A DNA stretch of 64,000 bases from an uncultured Gammaproteobacteria bacterium (GCA_964443495.1 CAYUCS010000001.1:469496-533495), one strand, 5' to 3'. Counted from the first letter of the stretch, positions 35,077 through 44,161 are shown. The notes: generated by a model from the letters alone, not told the origin. Translations and numbers: made by a program.

Positions 35077-35105
35077 ATTTAATCATTAAATGGCGTTTTT
35101 GTCAA
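35077..35105 (-). promoter_or_regulatory. Candidate promoter of def-fmt
   Basis: On the minus strand TTGACA lies at 35105-35100, then a 17-nt spacer, then TTAAAT at 35082-35077. The -35 context TTGACAAAAACGCC resembles two other promoters in the window. The -10 is weak. Confidence 0.35.
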
Positions 35106-35148
35106 CTTAACAGGCGCTGGCCGGCCTGTTATACTTAAGCATATCTTT

Positions 35149-35463
35149 ATGACAGACGTAAAATTTGACGAAGGTTTCCAGTCCTTCGGCGACATCTTTA
35201 AGAATAGGAACAAGATTCCGGCGAAAAAGCCACCGGCTTACGAGTGGCAGGATTTGGCTTTGCAGATTATCAAGGAGTTGGGCGTGCCCAATTTCAAGCG
35301 CAACTCGGTCTTCAAGGTTTGCAAGGAATACAACAAAGTAATCGTGATGCAGGCGCTTAACGACACTAAAGAGCTTTGCCAGACCGGAGAGAAGTGGAAA
35401 TATTTCTTCAAGATAATCGACAAGAAGCCCGACGCGCCAGATGAAAAAAAACAGCCCGAGTAG
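35149..35463 (+). CDS. Hypothetical protein (104 aa)
   Basis: This is a clean ORF whose stop lies inside a terminator hairpin. I recognised no motif. Confidence 0.5.
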   Translation: MTDVKFDEGFQSFGDIFKNRNKIPAKKPPAYEWQDLALQIIKELGVPNFKRNSVFKVCKEYNKVIVMQALNDTKELCQTGEKWKYFFKIIDKKPDAPDEKKQPE

Positions 35464-35477
35464 GCTGTTTTTTTTTG
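35444..35477. terminator. Bidirectional terminator between convergent genes
   Basis: An A-run is followed by ACAGCC (35451-35456) pairing with GGCTGT (35463-35468), then nine T. Confidence 0.75.
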
Positions 35478-35533
35478 TAGCTATGCGTAATTTTCTATGC
35501 ACCCATGACAAAAGAATCATTGATTGGCGTAAG

Positions 35534-35962
35534 CTATTTTTTCATCCCCCCTTGCTTCGTGGCGAAGCCATCATATGTTTCTTCGTCATTTTTCCAAAGC
35601 ACCTCTAAGCTTTCGACATCAACCACCTCCGCCACCGCACTCAAAGGGTAATACTCGCCATCGACACGCAAATGGCCGCTTTCAATCACGGACAAATCAT
35701 CGATTTGCGCATATATTTTCCTCTTGATTCCGCTTGGCATATATACTTCTACATCGTATGCCTCGCCTTCTTTAAAGATGCCCATGGCCTCTGCTTCATC
35801 CAACTGTTTTTTCTTGATCATGAATTCCTTCCCGGCAGCAAATCCGCGCTCCAGGGTTGCGGCCCTGTCATCGCTCATTCGCTTTTGATCTTCGGTCAAG
35901 ATGTTTTCCTCGACATTACGTATTTGCTCAGATGTTCCTTGAGCACCGAATTTTTCTTTCAT
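35534..35962 (-). CDS. Hypothetical protein (142 aa)
   Basis: The ORF has plausible composition. I recognised no motif. Confidence 0.45.
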   Translation of the reverse strand: MKEKFGAQGTSEQIRNVEENILTEDQKRMSDDRAATLERGFAAGKEFMIKKKQLDEAEAMGIFKEGEAYDVEVYMPSGIKRKIYAQIDDLSVIESGHLRVDGEYYPLSAVAEVVDVESLEVLWKNDEETYDGFATKQGGMKK

Positions 35963-36143
35963 TCTATTACTATTAGTAGTTAGAAAAAATTATTTTCAGC
36001 CAATGTTTGAGATATGGGAAGTTTTGCGGAGTGAAATAGAGTGTGCCAACTAATTTTCAAGACATTTTTTGAATATCGGATTTACATTCATGAGCTATTT
36101 TATGGATTGCTGATCCAGCCGATCCCACCTCATGCATCCTGCA

Positions 36144-36572
36144 CTATCGTGGTTGAGTTGGCAATGCCCCGTAGCTGTTATGGTAGATTTTGCCTGGCTT
36201 CGGATGTGTGCATTTCAGTGAGGTCCATATGTCGTCTATGCGCAGGTTGGTGCTTTCCACTAAATTGTACTGATAGACGATTCGTTCGACACTGTGGACC
36301 GTTAAATTGCTACCGAGTTGTCTGCCTTTGGGCCAAGACACCCAAAGCTTACCGTCAGGCGCCAGGTGTGGCTTCAATGCTTTGAGCCGGGAGTGCAATT
36401 CAGCTTCGGTGATTACGAAACAGTTTATATAATCAAACATGCCTTTCAGCTCATCACTGACCTGCGCCTCCGGTGCGCCAATGGCCGCTATGGCCTCGGC
36501 TGGAGCATTCGAATAATATGTCCTCATGCCTGGCTTCAGGCCCATTTTTTGCCAGATCGGTCTTTGTAGCAT
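36144..36572 (-). CDS. Hypothetical protein, possibly DUF3052-like
   Basis: As I recall, the N-terminal pattern MGLKPGMRTYYSNAP...WVSWPK resembles the DUF3052 family. This was not verified. Confidence 0.4.
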   Translation of the reverse strand: MLQRPIWQKMGLKPGMRTYYSNAPAEAIAAIGAPEAQVSDELKGMFDYINCFVITEAELHSRLKALKPHLAPDGKLWVSWPKGRQLGSNLTVHSVERIVYQYNLVESTNLRIDDIWTSLKCTHPKPGKIYHNSYGALPTQPR

Positions 36573-36740
36573 AGACGTAATTAATTGCGAGAAAAGAGGT
36601 ATGAATTGGGGTCTGAAAAAATTGACCCCCTGAATATTAAAATGCCAATTTATTGAGCCGTATATACAGTGTTTTCGGATGAGGTTTAAAATTCTTTTTC
36701 GTTATTTTGTATTCAATCTGGGCGAACTAAATTTATAGAA

Positions 36741-37628
36741 TCATAAGCTGGAGATCGACCAGCCAGATGGAGTTTTTATTAATTGAACGCTTGAACCAAT
36801 ATTGGTGCCATCAGCCTGCTTGCTTATTGCGTTAAATTCTGCAAATTCATCGCCAATCGAATCTGCCGTTGAATTTTTCAATGATTGTGCTAGGTCATTC
36901 CTGATACTTTGATTGGAAAATAATAATGTGTATTCTTCCTCCTTGTAGACATCATTCATATCAAAAATAATATATCTTAAAGCCTTTTTTACATCGTTAG
37001 CAGCAAGGGCATCGGCGCAACCCATAAGAGCTTCGGCTGGATTATTGGAATAAATTCTAGTTGCAGATATGCGGTCACCGAATTCTTTTGTCGTTTTTTC
37101 AAAATCATCGGATATTAAAAATATTTTCCATGAATCATGATTTTGCGAATTGGCTTCTCCCGGTGCGCCTTCTTGAATATTTACTGCCAAAATCATCCCC
37201 TTTTTATTATTTATTTCAAAAATATATTCATCAGGATTTGAGCCTCCTGTATTATATGGTTTTATTGTCTCTAGCGCATTATTAATATCATTTAATTTTT
37301 TATCCGAAGAAAACCAATCATTTATAATGACTTTATTCTTTTCTAAATATAGAGGATTAAATGCTAGCAAGAAACCATTTTTATCCTTGTTCTTAATGGA
37401 GAGTTTTACATATTCAATTAATTCATTTGAAGTCGGAAAATTCGCATTATTTTCTGCATTATTTTTTTCACTGTATGATTTTTTGCTTGTATCAGCAACA
37501 GATGTATCTTCAGCAACAATAATATTTGGCCTTGTTTTGTACATTGTAAATGCCATATAAAATGAGCCTATTGCAATAGCAATAATTACTGCTAAGCCTA
37601 AAATTATGTATAATATTTTTTTATTCAT
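36741..37628 (-). CDS. Hypothetical membrane-anchored protein encoded by very AT-rich DNA
   Basis: It has an N-terminal TM helix (ILYIILGLAVIIAIAIGSFYMAF) and an Asn/Lys/Ile-rich composition. I use the ATG at 37628; the tracked TTG start is at 37640. Confidence 0.55.
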   Translation of the reverse strand: MNKKILYIILGLAVIIAIAIGSFYMAFTMYKTRPNIIVAEDTSVADTSKKSYSEKNNAENNANFPTSNELIEYVKLSIKNKDKNGFLLAFNPLYLEKNKVIINDWFSSDKKLNDINNALETIKPYNTGGSNPDEYIFEINNKKGMILAVNIQEGAPGEANSQNHDSWKIFLISDDFEKTTKEFGDRISATRIYSNNPAEALMGCADALAANDVKKALRYIIFDMNDVYKEEEYTLLFSNQSIRNDLAQSLKNSTADSIGDEFAEFNAISKQADGTNIGSSVQLIKTPSGWSISSL

Positions 37629-37855
37629 AGCATTGATCAATTTGTATTTAAAATATTAGTTTTACCCGGGTTAAGTTTGTATTAATTGAGTCAAAGATTT
37701 TTTAATATTTCGCCCAACGTATCCAAATATGAGAAGTTTTTGTCCGCTTCCTTATTATATATCAACAGAGAAAAAGGGCAAAAATTTGGGTTGAGAAAAA
37801 TTTGCTTTCCTTATTAATATAAATTGTGCAAATTTTTTGAACCTCATATTCGGTG

Positions 37856-37922
37856 TTGTCGGATGTATCTAAAAACAAATTATTCCTTATTTGAGCCCTG
37901 TTTTTTTCAAGCCCTTTTGAAA
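37856..37922. repeat. Left arm of an imperfect inverted repeat
   Basis: TTGTCGGAtgTATCTAAAAACAAATT ... TTTTTTCAAgCCCTTTTGAAA pairs with the reverse complement of 38263-38320. The outer block is 26 nt with 2 mismatches and the inner block is 21 nt with 1 mismatch. Confidence 0.8.
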
Positions 37923-37932
37923 CTTTGTGTCA

Positions 37933-37960
37933 TTGACATTTTTGGATTTCCTGCTATATT
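37933..37960 (+). promoter_or_regulatory. Sigma70-type promoter of the 59-aa mini-gene
   Basis: TTGACA lies at 37933-37938, then a 16-nt spacer, then TATATT at 37955-37960. Confidence 0.55.
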
Positions 37961-38013
37961 GATGTTAAATCAAGCGCCAAATTGTACCTAAAATCAACCG
38001 AGGAGGATATGTC

Positions 38014-38193
38014 ATGACAAAAAAAAGAGCAGTGACTAAAGAGAAGTCGGACACCAGTCAGCCCCAGAAAATAGTCGGCGTAGGCGCAGAGGCAACGTTC
38101 CCTTACAACGAACGTCAATGGGAAGAACGGCAAAGACTGGAAAGAGAAAGCGGTCCAAGACCATTTTCCGAGTTTGATCCTCAAACTTGGTAA
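38014..38193 (+). CDS. Small protein (59 aa) missing from the ORF track
   Basis: AGGAGGA sits 6 nt upstream of the ATG at 38014. My hand translation is MTKKRAVTKEKSDTSQPQKIVGVGAEATFPYNERQWEERQRLERESGPRPFSEFDPQTW, ending at TAA 38191-38193. The gene has its own promoter and terminator. Confidence 0.55.
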   Translation: MTKKRAVTKEKSDTSQPQKIVGVGAEATFPYNERQWEERQRLERESGPRPFSEFDPQTW

Positions 38194-38227
38194 CCCTTAG
38201 GCAGTCAATAGTCACATCTGGCTAACG

Positions 38228-38255
38228 CGGGACTTATCCATAGTTCCGTTTTTTT
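38228..38255 (+). terminator. Intrinsic terminator of the mini-gene
   Basis: CGGGAC (38228-38233) pairs with GTTCCG (38243-38248) with one G-U pair, followed by seven T at 38249-38255. Confidence 0.6.
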
Positions 38256-38262
38256 ATTTGTA

Positions 38263-38320
38263 TTTCAAAAGGGTTTGAAAAAATATTAATAAAGAATTTG
38301 TTTTTAGATATTTCCGACAA
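38263..38320. repeat. Right arm of the imperfect inverted repeat
   Basis: Its reverse complement reads TTGTCGGAaaTATCTAAAAACAAATT ... TTTTTTCAAaCCCTTTTGAAA, matching 37856-37922. Confidence 0.8.
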
Positions 38321-38377
38321 CTCGTTATTATGCGAAATGATTTCGCATTTCGTGCTTGAATGCGTGTGTTATGCGAA

Positions 38378-39169
38378 CTAGAGTTTGAAATTCATGGTGA
38401 GGTAGCCGACGCCGAAGGGGGCTTCGTAGGCCAGGCGTTCCGGCTCGTGTTTGATGCCGTCGAGGACGCCTAAGAGTATGAGAATGGATTTGAGGCCGCA
38501 TTCATTGGCTTCGCGGATAAGGAGGTGGTTCATGTTCAAGAGCTCCTCAGGCTGGTTTTTGGCGATGCTTTCGACCACTTTCTGGTCGAATTTAGCCGCC
38601 TTTGGCGAGTAGCCGGCCGGCGCTTCCTTGGTCAGGCGATGCGAAAGGTCGCCTGAAGCGATAATAGCGATGCGGTTCTGGCTGTAGATGAGTTCGCGCT
38701 TCAAGAGTTGGCCGAAATGGAAGTGAGCTTCGTAATCTAAGCCTGAGTAGTATAACGGAATGACCCTGAATTGCGGCGCGCTTGGCGGCATCAAGAGGAA
38801 AAGGGGGATGGCGGAGCCGTAGTCGAGGGTGGTCTGACTGATCAGCTGCAGCGGCGCCTTGGTCTCGAGGTTTTCGCGGATGCGGTGCGCCAGGCCGACG
38901 TCGCCCTGGACGGTGAATTTGGTAGCGAAATCGCCGAAGTGTTCGAAATTCGCCTGGAACTCCGGGCTGAGATTCATGGAAAAAGTCTTGCCCTGAACCA
39001 GGCCGTGCGGAGAAAGGATGACAATCGTGTCCGCCTTGCTGGAGTAGAGGTTTTCTTTAAGCTTCTTGTAGGCATCATCAGTTGCTTTGAGCCGCCCGGC
39101 ATTTTCCTTGCCGATGGCAGGAATTAATAAGGGAGGGTGGGGAACGATCGCCGCAAAGACGATAGACAT
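38378..39169 (-). CDS. LigB / class III extradiol-dioxygenase-fold protein (Memo-like)
   Basis: The N-terminus VFAAIVPHPPLLIP...IVILSPHG and a later SGDLSH motif are typical of this fold family. The substrate is unknown. Confidence 0.5.
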   Translation of the reverse strand: MSIVFAAIVPHPPLLIPAIGKENAGRLKATDDAYKKLKENLYSSKADTIVILSPHGLVQGKTFSMNLSPEFQANFEHFGDFATKFTVQGDVGLAHRIRENLETKAPLQLISQTTLDYGSAIPLFLLMPPSAPQFRVIPLYYSGLDYEAHFHFGQLLKRELIYSQNRIAIIASGDLSHRLTKEAPAGYSPKAAKFDQKVVESIAKNQPEELLNMNHLLIREANECGLKSILILLGVLDGIKHEPERLAYEAPFGVGYLTMNFKL

Positions 39170-39173
39170 AAGA

Positions 39174-40688
39174 TTAGCTTTTAGAAATAGTATTGGCAGC
39201 GTTGGCCTGGTCGCTTACCAGGGGCGGCTGCGTGCCAGTTTGAAGCTCTTTAAGAGGCTCGCCTTGCGGGTAGTAGTAAAGTATTTTTGGCGAGACATTG
39301 ATGACATTTTCCCATTTATAACCCAGTTTTTCAAAAATTTTACCGGAATAGATCGGGTGCTTCTGGCCGTCAGCAATGACGAAGACCGAGGTGCTGGTCA
39401 AAGATTTCAAAAGCTGGCCGTCTTCGAAAAGTATCGGAGCGACCGTCGGGATGGCCGCTAATTCTTTGGATGAGACCGGAGTGGCTTTGCGTCCTTTGAA
39501 TTTGATCTGGATGATTACGCGGTCAAGGATCGGCGCTTTGGTATTATCCTGGACCCAGTAGATGCCGCCGGTTTTCTTGTCCTGGAGCAGCGCGCCGGTC
39601 GGGTAGCTGGAGGTGGCAGTAATCGGCGTACCGTTCTGGTAGGCATTGATGTCATCCCAGCTGGCGCTGACGACCTCTTCGGGGTTGAAGCCGAGCTTCT
39701 TGAAGGAAGCGCTAGAAGTGATTGGCCGCTTGTAGTCGCCGTCCAACAGGAAGATGCCGCCGTTGGGCGAGCGCACCAAGGCGTATTGCGGGAATTTGAT
39801 CGGCGAGCCGGTATTGTATGCCGCAAGCTGCGTGGCTGTAGTTTTCAGGATGCGTGAAGTATCATATCTGGAAGAAAGGGCGCCCTTGGAAACGAATGGG
39901 CGCTTTTTGCCGTTCTGGATCAGCCAGACGCCTTTTTCGCCCTCGACCTGCAAGAGCGAGCCGTTAGGGTAGGCGGAAGAGATGCGGGGGAAGTAGCGCT
40001 GCCAGATGTTGTAAAAATTGAAGTTGCCGTTATAGACGTGCGGGGTGTAGTTGTACAGCGCGGCCGTGGCCAGGTTCTGCGGGGTGACGACCATCGGCTC
40101 ACGGCCGGTGTTCGAGACGGTATAAGTCTGGTTAGGCTTGTAGTTATAAAGCTGCGGGTTTTCCATGTAATCGCGGAATTGCAGGGAAGCGCTGTTGACC
40201 TGTTTCCAGAAGCCTTGGTAGCGCGGGCTGCAACCGCCGGAATCAGGGCAGCCATAGCCGACGGCCCAATCGACGCGGGTCTGGCTCGGCTTGGTCTTGA
40301 GTTCGACCAAACTGCCTTCTTTCTGCAAGAGTACGATCAGGAATTTGGGATTGACCTTGTTGGTTATAGCTCGGTCGTAGATGATTTCGGCAGCTGTCTT
40401 TACCGGGCCTGTGCAAGGCTTGTAAACCCCGGTCGGGTTGTAAAGGTCGGTATCGAGACAGGTGTTGGTCTGGTAGGTAGATAAGAAACCGCCTTTCAAC
40501 GAGAGGAAGTTGCGGACTTCATCCAAGCTCATGGCGGAGCTGTCGAGGACTTCGGCGTCGCCGATGATATTATGGGGGTTGAAAGTCTGTTCAGCCAGGG
40601 TTTGAGCCTTGGCCTGCCAAGCCGAAGCGGTGATGGCTGTCAGTGCTATGGCAAAAAGGCCGAAGCGTTTTAGGTTGGTCTGTTTCAT
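39174..40688 (-). CDS. Hypothetical secreted protein with four repeated small beta domains
   Basis: It has a signal peptide (FAIALTAITASAWQAKA). Repeats occur in the C-terminal half (GVWLIQNGKKRPF, GGIFLLDGDYKRPI, GGIYWVQDNTKAPI, SVFVIADGQKHPI). It lies 4 nt upstream of the LigB-like gene. Confidence 0.6.
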   Translation of the reverse strand: MKQTNLKRFGLFAIALTAITASAWQAKAQTLAEQTFNPHNIIGDAEVLDSSAMSLDEVRNFLSLKGGFLSTYQTNTCLDTDLYNPTGVYKPCTGPVKTAAEIIYDRAITNKVNPKFLIVLLQKEGSLVELKTKPSQTRVDWAVGYGCPDSGGCSPRYQGFWKQVNSASLQFRDYMENPQLYNYKPNQTYTVSNTGREPMVVTPQNLATAALYNYTPHVYNGNFNFYNIWQRYFPRISSAYPNGSLLQVEGEKGVWLIQNGKKRPFVSKGALSSRYDTSRILKTTATQLAAYNTGSPIKFPQYALVRSPNGGIFLLDGDYKRPITSSASFKKLGFNPEEVVSASWDDINAYQNGTPITATSSYPTGALLQDKKTGGIYWVQDNTKAPILDRVIIQIKFKGRKATPVSSKELAAIPTVAPILFEDGQLLKSLTSTSVFVIADGQKHPIYSGKIFEKLGYKWENVINVSPKILYYYPQGEPLKELQTGTQPPLVSDQANAANTISKS

Positions 40689-40712
40689 AAGATAGTTAGA
40701 AGTTACCTACAT

Positions 40713-40741
40713 ATTATAATAAAATTCGGGCTCAAAGGCAA
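40713..40741 (-). promoter_or_regulatory. Promoter for the 40688 operon
   Basis: On the minus strand TTGCCT lies at 40741-40736, then a 17-nt spacer, then TATAAT at 40718-40713. Confidence 0.5.
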
Positions 40742-40763
40742 TATTGCCGGGATGTGATATAAT
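40735..40763 (+). promoter_or_regulatory. Extended -10 promoter for the membrane cluster
   Basis: TGaTATAAT has its hexamer at 40758-40763. The -35 (AAGGCA) is weak and overlaps the divergent promoter within the GGCAATATTGCC palindrome. Confidence 0.4.
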
Positions 40764-40789
40764 GAAAGCAATTGGGGATAAATATCTTT

Positions 40790-42253
40790 ATGAACAATTC
40801 TCCTGAGCTGCTAAGTTACGTCAAAATATCGCTCAGCCAAGGCGAAAGCCGTGAGCAGATTGAGGTCGCCCTGAAAGGCGGCGGCTGGACAATCGAGGAA
40901 ATCGGCCAGGCCTTCGACCAGGTCAGTGCCGGCACGGTCACCAAGCTGATACTGCCCGTGCCAAAGCGCCCTCGGGACAGCAAGGGGCAGATCGTCACGA
41001 CGATCGCCATCCTGGGCACGCTGCTGGTCGGGCTCGGTGTTATCCTGTTCATTGCCTCGAACTGGCAGCAGATCGGCCCGTGGCCCAAGGTCTTGATGGT
41101 CTTCGCGGCTTTGTTCGGCACTTACTTCGCCAGCGATTATCTACAGTATAAGAAAGACCGGCCGCGCTTGGCGCGGGCGTTGGCCTTTCTGGGGACGCTC
41201 CTCATGGGCGGCGCGATCGTCCTGATCGCCCAGATTTTCAATATCGTCGCCGAGAATAACAATACTCTATTATATTGGGCTTTGCTCATCCTGCCGATCG
41301 TTTACGGCTTGGAACTCAAGATGGGCCTGGCCCTGGCCACCGTGCTGGTCTTTATCTGGCAATTCGCCAAGAGCGCCGGCGGCATCGACATTTTTAATTT
41401 TTTCGATTCGAGCGCCCACACTGTCAATTATTGGTATCCTTTGCTGCTCGGCGGCATCATGGTGCCGCTGGCATATCGGCTCAGGGCCACCAAGGTCCAG
41501 CCGCTGAATGCGATCGGCTTGTGGCTATGGCTGATTTTGGCGTCGTATTTCTGGGCGGAGAATAGCATTCGTCCTGGCGACGGCAATTATAATTACGACC
41601 ATGGCATTCCGGGGCTGCTTGTCATTACCACCATGCTTTACGGCGTAGCGATTTTCTGTCTCGGCCGGCTGCACCAGATGTACGAGAAATGGAAAGGGAT
41701 GGAAGCCGGCTACACGATCCTGGGTTTCTTCATGGTTTTTTTCCCGAGCTTCCTGCTTTCATTCGCTGAACTGGGCGATGAGATCCTGGATAGCAATGTT
41801 CCGCCGGTGTCGGCCATCGGCTGGCAATCTGCCACCGCCCTGGCCGTTTTGGTCGTGTCCGCCTTGGTGTCGATGTGGCTCTACCGCGTCACGGAATCGA
41901 CCAAGCGGCTGTATCTGGGCGGCAATGCGGCCGTCGGCGCCGTGCTGGCCCTGGTTTTCGCCATCCTATTTTTCCCGACGACCTTCTACGTCGTACTTTT
42001 CAACGTCCTGGTTTTCATCGAGAGCCTGGGCCTGATGTGGTACGGCTACGAGAGCCGTGACAAGGGCTATATCAATCTTGGGTTAGCTTTCTTCCTGCTT
42101 ATGATATTGGTCAAATATTTCCAATGGGGCTATGATCTGTTCGACCGTTCGCTGTTCTTCATCGGCGGCGGCCTCGTCCTGATCGGCCTGAGTTATTACG
42201 GCGAGAAACAGCGTCGCCGCTTAATCCAGCAAATAAACCAGCCGCATGCGTAA
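40790..42253 (+). CDS. Polytopic membrane protein, DUF2157-like
   Basis: A soluble N-terminal module is followed by about 11 TM helices. It lies immediately upstream of a GDYXXLXY protein, the usual partner of DUF2157/DUF4401 proteins. The family call is from memory of that association. Confidence 0.45.
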   Translation: MNNSPELLSYVKISLSQGESREQIEVALKGGGWTIEEIGQAFDQVSAGTVTKLILPVPKRPRDSKGQIVTTIAILGTLLVGLGVILFIASNWQQIGPWPKVLMVFAALFGTYFASDYLQYKKDRPRLARALAFLGTLLMGGAIVLIAQIFNIVAENNNTLLYWALLILPIVYGLELKMGLALATVLVFIWQFAKSAGGIDIFNFFDSSAHTVNYWYPLLLGGIMVPLAYRLRATKVQPLNAIGLWLWLILASYFWAENSIRPGDGNYNYDHGIPGLLVITTMLYGVAIFCLGRLHQMYEKWKGMEAGYTILGFFMVFFPSFLLSFAELGDEILDSNVPPVSAIGWQSATALAVLVVSALVSMWLYRVTESTKRLYLGGNAAVGAVLALVFAILFFPTTFYVVLFNVLVFIESLGLMWYGYESRDKGYINLGLAFFLLMILVKYFQWGYDLFDRSLFFIGGGLVLIGLSYYGEKQRRRLIQQINQPHA

Positions 42254-43610
42254 ACCGACCACTCGACAATTCTTCTGGATTTCCGTCGCCTTGCAGGCCT
42301 TGTTCCTGGTGGCTATGATAGCAACCAACCGCTTTACTTTGCTGACCGGCAAAGAAATTTTCCTGAGGACGGCGCCGGTCGATCCGCGCAGCCTTTTCCA
42401 GGGCGACTATGTGATCTTGAGCTATGCCATCAGCCGCATCGATTTGTCGAGCGTCGCGGTCTCGCCATCCGACCTGGGCAGCATCAAGCAGGGCCAGACG
42501 GTTTACGTTTCATTGGCTGCCGAGCCGGGACAGAAGTATTCCAGCGCCAAAGGGGTCAGCCTGTCCAAGCCGGCTGCGGGCGACTTCATCAAAGGCAAGA
42601 TCCGATATGTCGATTATTATCAAGGCAATGTTGATTGCCTGCCGGGCAGGGACTGCATCTTGAAGAACGGCGGCAAGCCGACCAGTATCAGCGTGACCTA
42701 CGGCATCGAAAGTTATTTCGTGCCCGAGGGGCAAGGCCGGCAGCTCGAGCGGGTCAACCGCCGGGGCGGAACGCCGCTGATCATCGGCGTTTCGGTCGAT
42801 CGGACCGGCCGCGGGCTGATCAAGAGCCTGGTCATCGATGAGACTTTGATCGATGCCGGCGATATCAACCAGGTCGTCGAAGTGGCAAGCACGACAGTCA
42901 ACACCTACGACAGCCAGCGGCAGCGCATCGAAGGCGATTCCGAGCTGACCTCGCTCATGCGGGATATTTCCGAGGCGCTGCAGGAATATCGCAACAAGAA
43001 TTACGTCTACCCGGCCAAGCCTCAGGGATTGCCGCCTTACGATGAACTGGCCAAGCTGGCCACCGAAGATAACGCGCGTTTCCGCTATCTGAAATCGCGC
43101 GCCGACAATCGCAAAGGCGTCATCGTTTGGCTTGACAATTCGAATTATGCCGACGGCTATTGCGTCTTCGCCCAGTCCGTCCGCGATCCGCTGATTTGGT
43201 ATGTCATTGACTCGAATGATGCCATCATTGACGCTCCTCGCGAACTTAACCGCCAACCGCTTAGCTTGTCCGATTGCGGCGTTGCCGTCAAACAGCCGCT
43301 AGCTACCGTCGAGGGCTACATTTTCATCGATAATAATGGCGATAAGACGTTCGATGCCGGCGATCGGCCATTCGTGGATGCCGAAATCTATCTGAACAAG
43401 CTTTTTGACGACGGTAACGGGTGGCAAAAGATGGTCAGGCCGGGAAGCGATGGCCACTTCAAGTTTTCGGTATATGACGAGGGCTCTTTCGGGCTCGGTG
43501 CGAGCTCCAAGCTGGACACGCCAGTCAATATCAATTACAGCAAGACGAATACTATCGTTGTCAATCAAGGCGATGCCAGTACTCATAACAATATCCTGAT
43601 CAGCTTTTAA
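42246..43610 (+). CDS. GDYXXLXY-domain protein with a C-terminal SdrD-B/CarboxypepD_reg-like beta-sandwich
   Basis: It has an N-terminal TM helix and a literal GDYVILSY motif. The C-terminal GYIFIDNNGDKTFDAGDRPFVDAEIYL is a typical SdrD B-like repeat signature. The start overlaps the upstream gene by 8 nt. Confidence 0.65.
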   Translation: MRKPTTRQFFWISVALQALFLVAMIATNRFTLLTGKEIFLRTAPVDPRSLFQGDYVILSYAISRIDLSSVAVSPSDLGSIKQGQTVYVSLAAEPGQKYSSAKGVSLSKPAAGDFIKGKIRYVDYYQGNVDCLPGRDCILKNGGKPTSISVTYGIESYFVPEGQGRQLERVNRRGGTPLIIGVSVDRTGRGLIKSLVIDETLIDAGDINQVVEVASTTVNTYDSQRQRIEGDSELTSLMRDISEALQEYRNKNYVYPAKPQGLPPYDELAKLATEDNARFRYLKSRADNRKGVIVWLDNSNYADGYCVFAQSVRDPLIWYVIDSNDAIIDAPRELNRQPLSLSDCGVAVKQPLATVEGYIFIDNNGDKTFDAGDRPFVDAEIYLNKLFDDGNGWQKMVRPGSDGHFKFSVYDEGSFGLGASSKLDTPVNINYSKTNTIVVNQGDASTHNNILISF

Positions 43611-43627
43611 CTACTCAAAATATTCTT

Positions 43628-44152
43628 ATGAACGAGCAGATTGTCAATTATCTCGTCACCAATCGGGATAAGTATCCTCGCGCGGTGCTAACCAACATGC
43701 TGGTCAAGTCGGGCTACAATCCGAAGGAGATCGAGGAGGCCGCCGCCATGGTGTTCGGCGGGCAAGCGGGTTCCGACGGCTCAGGCCCGAGCGCGCCATT
43801 CAATTTTTGGAATTTTTCCGCCAGGGTCGTGTACGATTCGCAAGCCCAGCGGCGCAAGGATTTCTGGTTCGGTTTTTGGGCTCCGTTGCTATCGACGGTA
43901 GCCTTTTCCTGGATCCCGTCGCTATTGCTTTATGCCAGCGGCATGGCAGCCGACCTCTCGTTCATCAAGGACATTTTCGGCATCATTAATTCCGTAGCGA
44001 AGCTGGCCATATTCATCGGCATCTTCTATCTGTGGAACCGCCGCCGCTTGATCAGCTATGGCATTATCGGCGGCTATCTGTTTAATTTTTTCGTCTCGAT
44101 CATTATCGTCGGAGTCGTGCTGTCGATGATTGGCTTAGCATTCATGAGATAA
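43628..44152 (+). CDS. Hypothetical membrane protein (174 aa)
   Basis: A soluble N-terminus is followed by 3-4 TM helices. Confidence 0.55.
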   Translation: MNEQIVNYLVTNRDKYPRAVLTNMLVKSGYNPKEIEEAAAMVFGGQAGSDGSGPSAPFNFWNFSARVVYDSQAQRRKDFWFGFWAPLLSTVAFSWIPSLLLYASGMAADLSFIKDIFGIINSVAKLAIFIGIFYLWNRRRLISYGIIGGYLFNFFVSIIIVGVVLSMIGLAFMR

Positions 44153-44161
44153 TTACCAAAT

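Noticed and set aside
37954-38184. 76-aa minus-strand ORF from the track.
   Set aside because: It overlaps the plus-strand 59-codon ORF, which has a canonical promoter, a strong SD and a terminator. The minus-strand frame has none of these and has an odd Cys/Phe/Leu-rich composition.
38328-38377. A cluster of short GCGAA-containing repeats and a TGCGAAAT-g-ATTTCGCA palindrome just downstream of the LigB-like gene.
   Set aside because: The elements are only 8-9 nt long and have no T-run, so they are within what chance allows in about 50 nt. At most they form a weak terminator. I did not pursue them.
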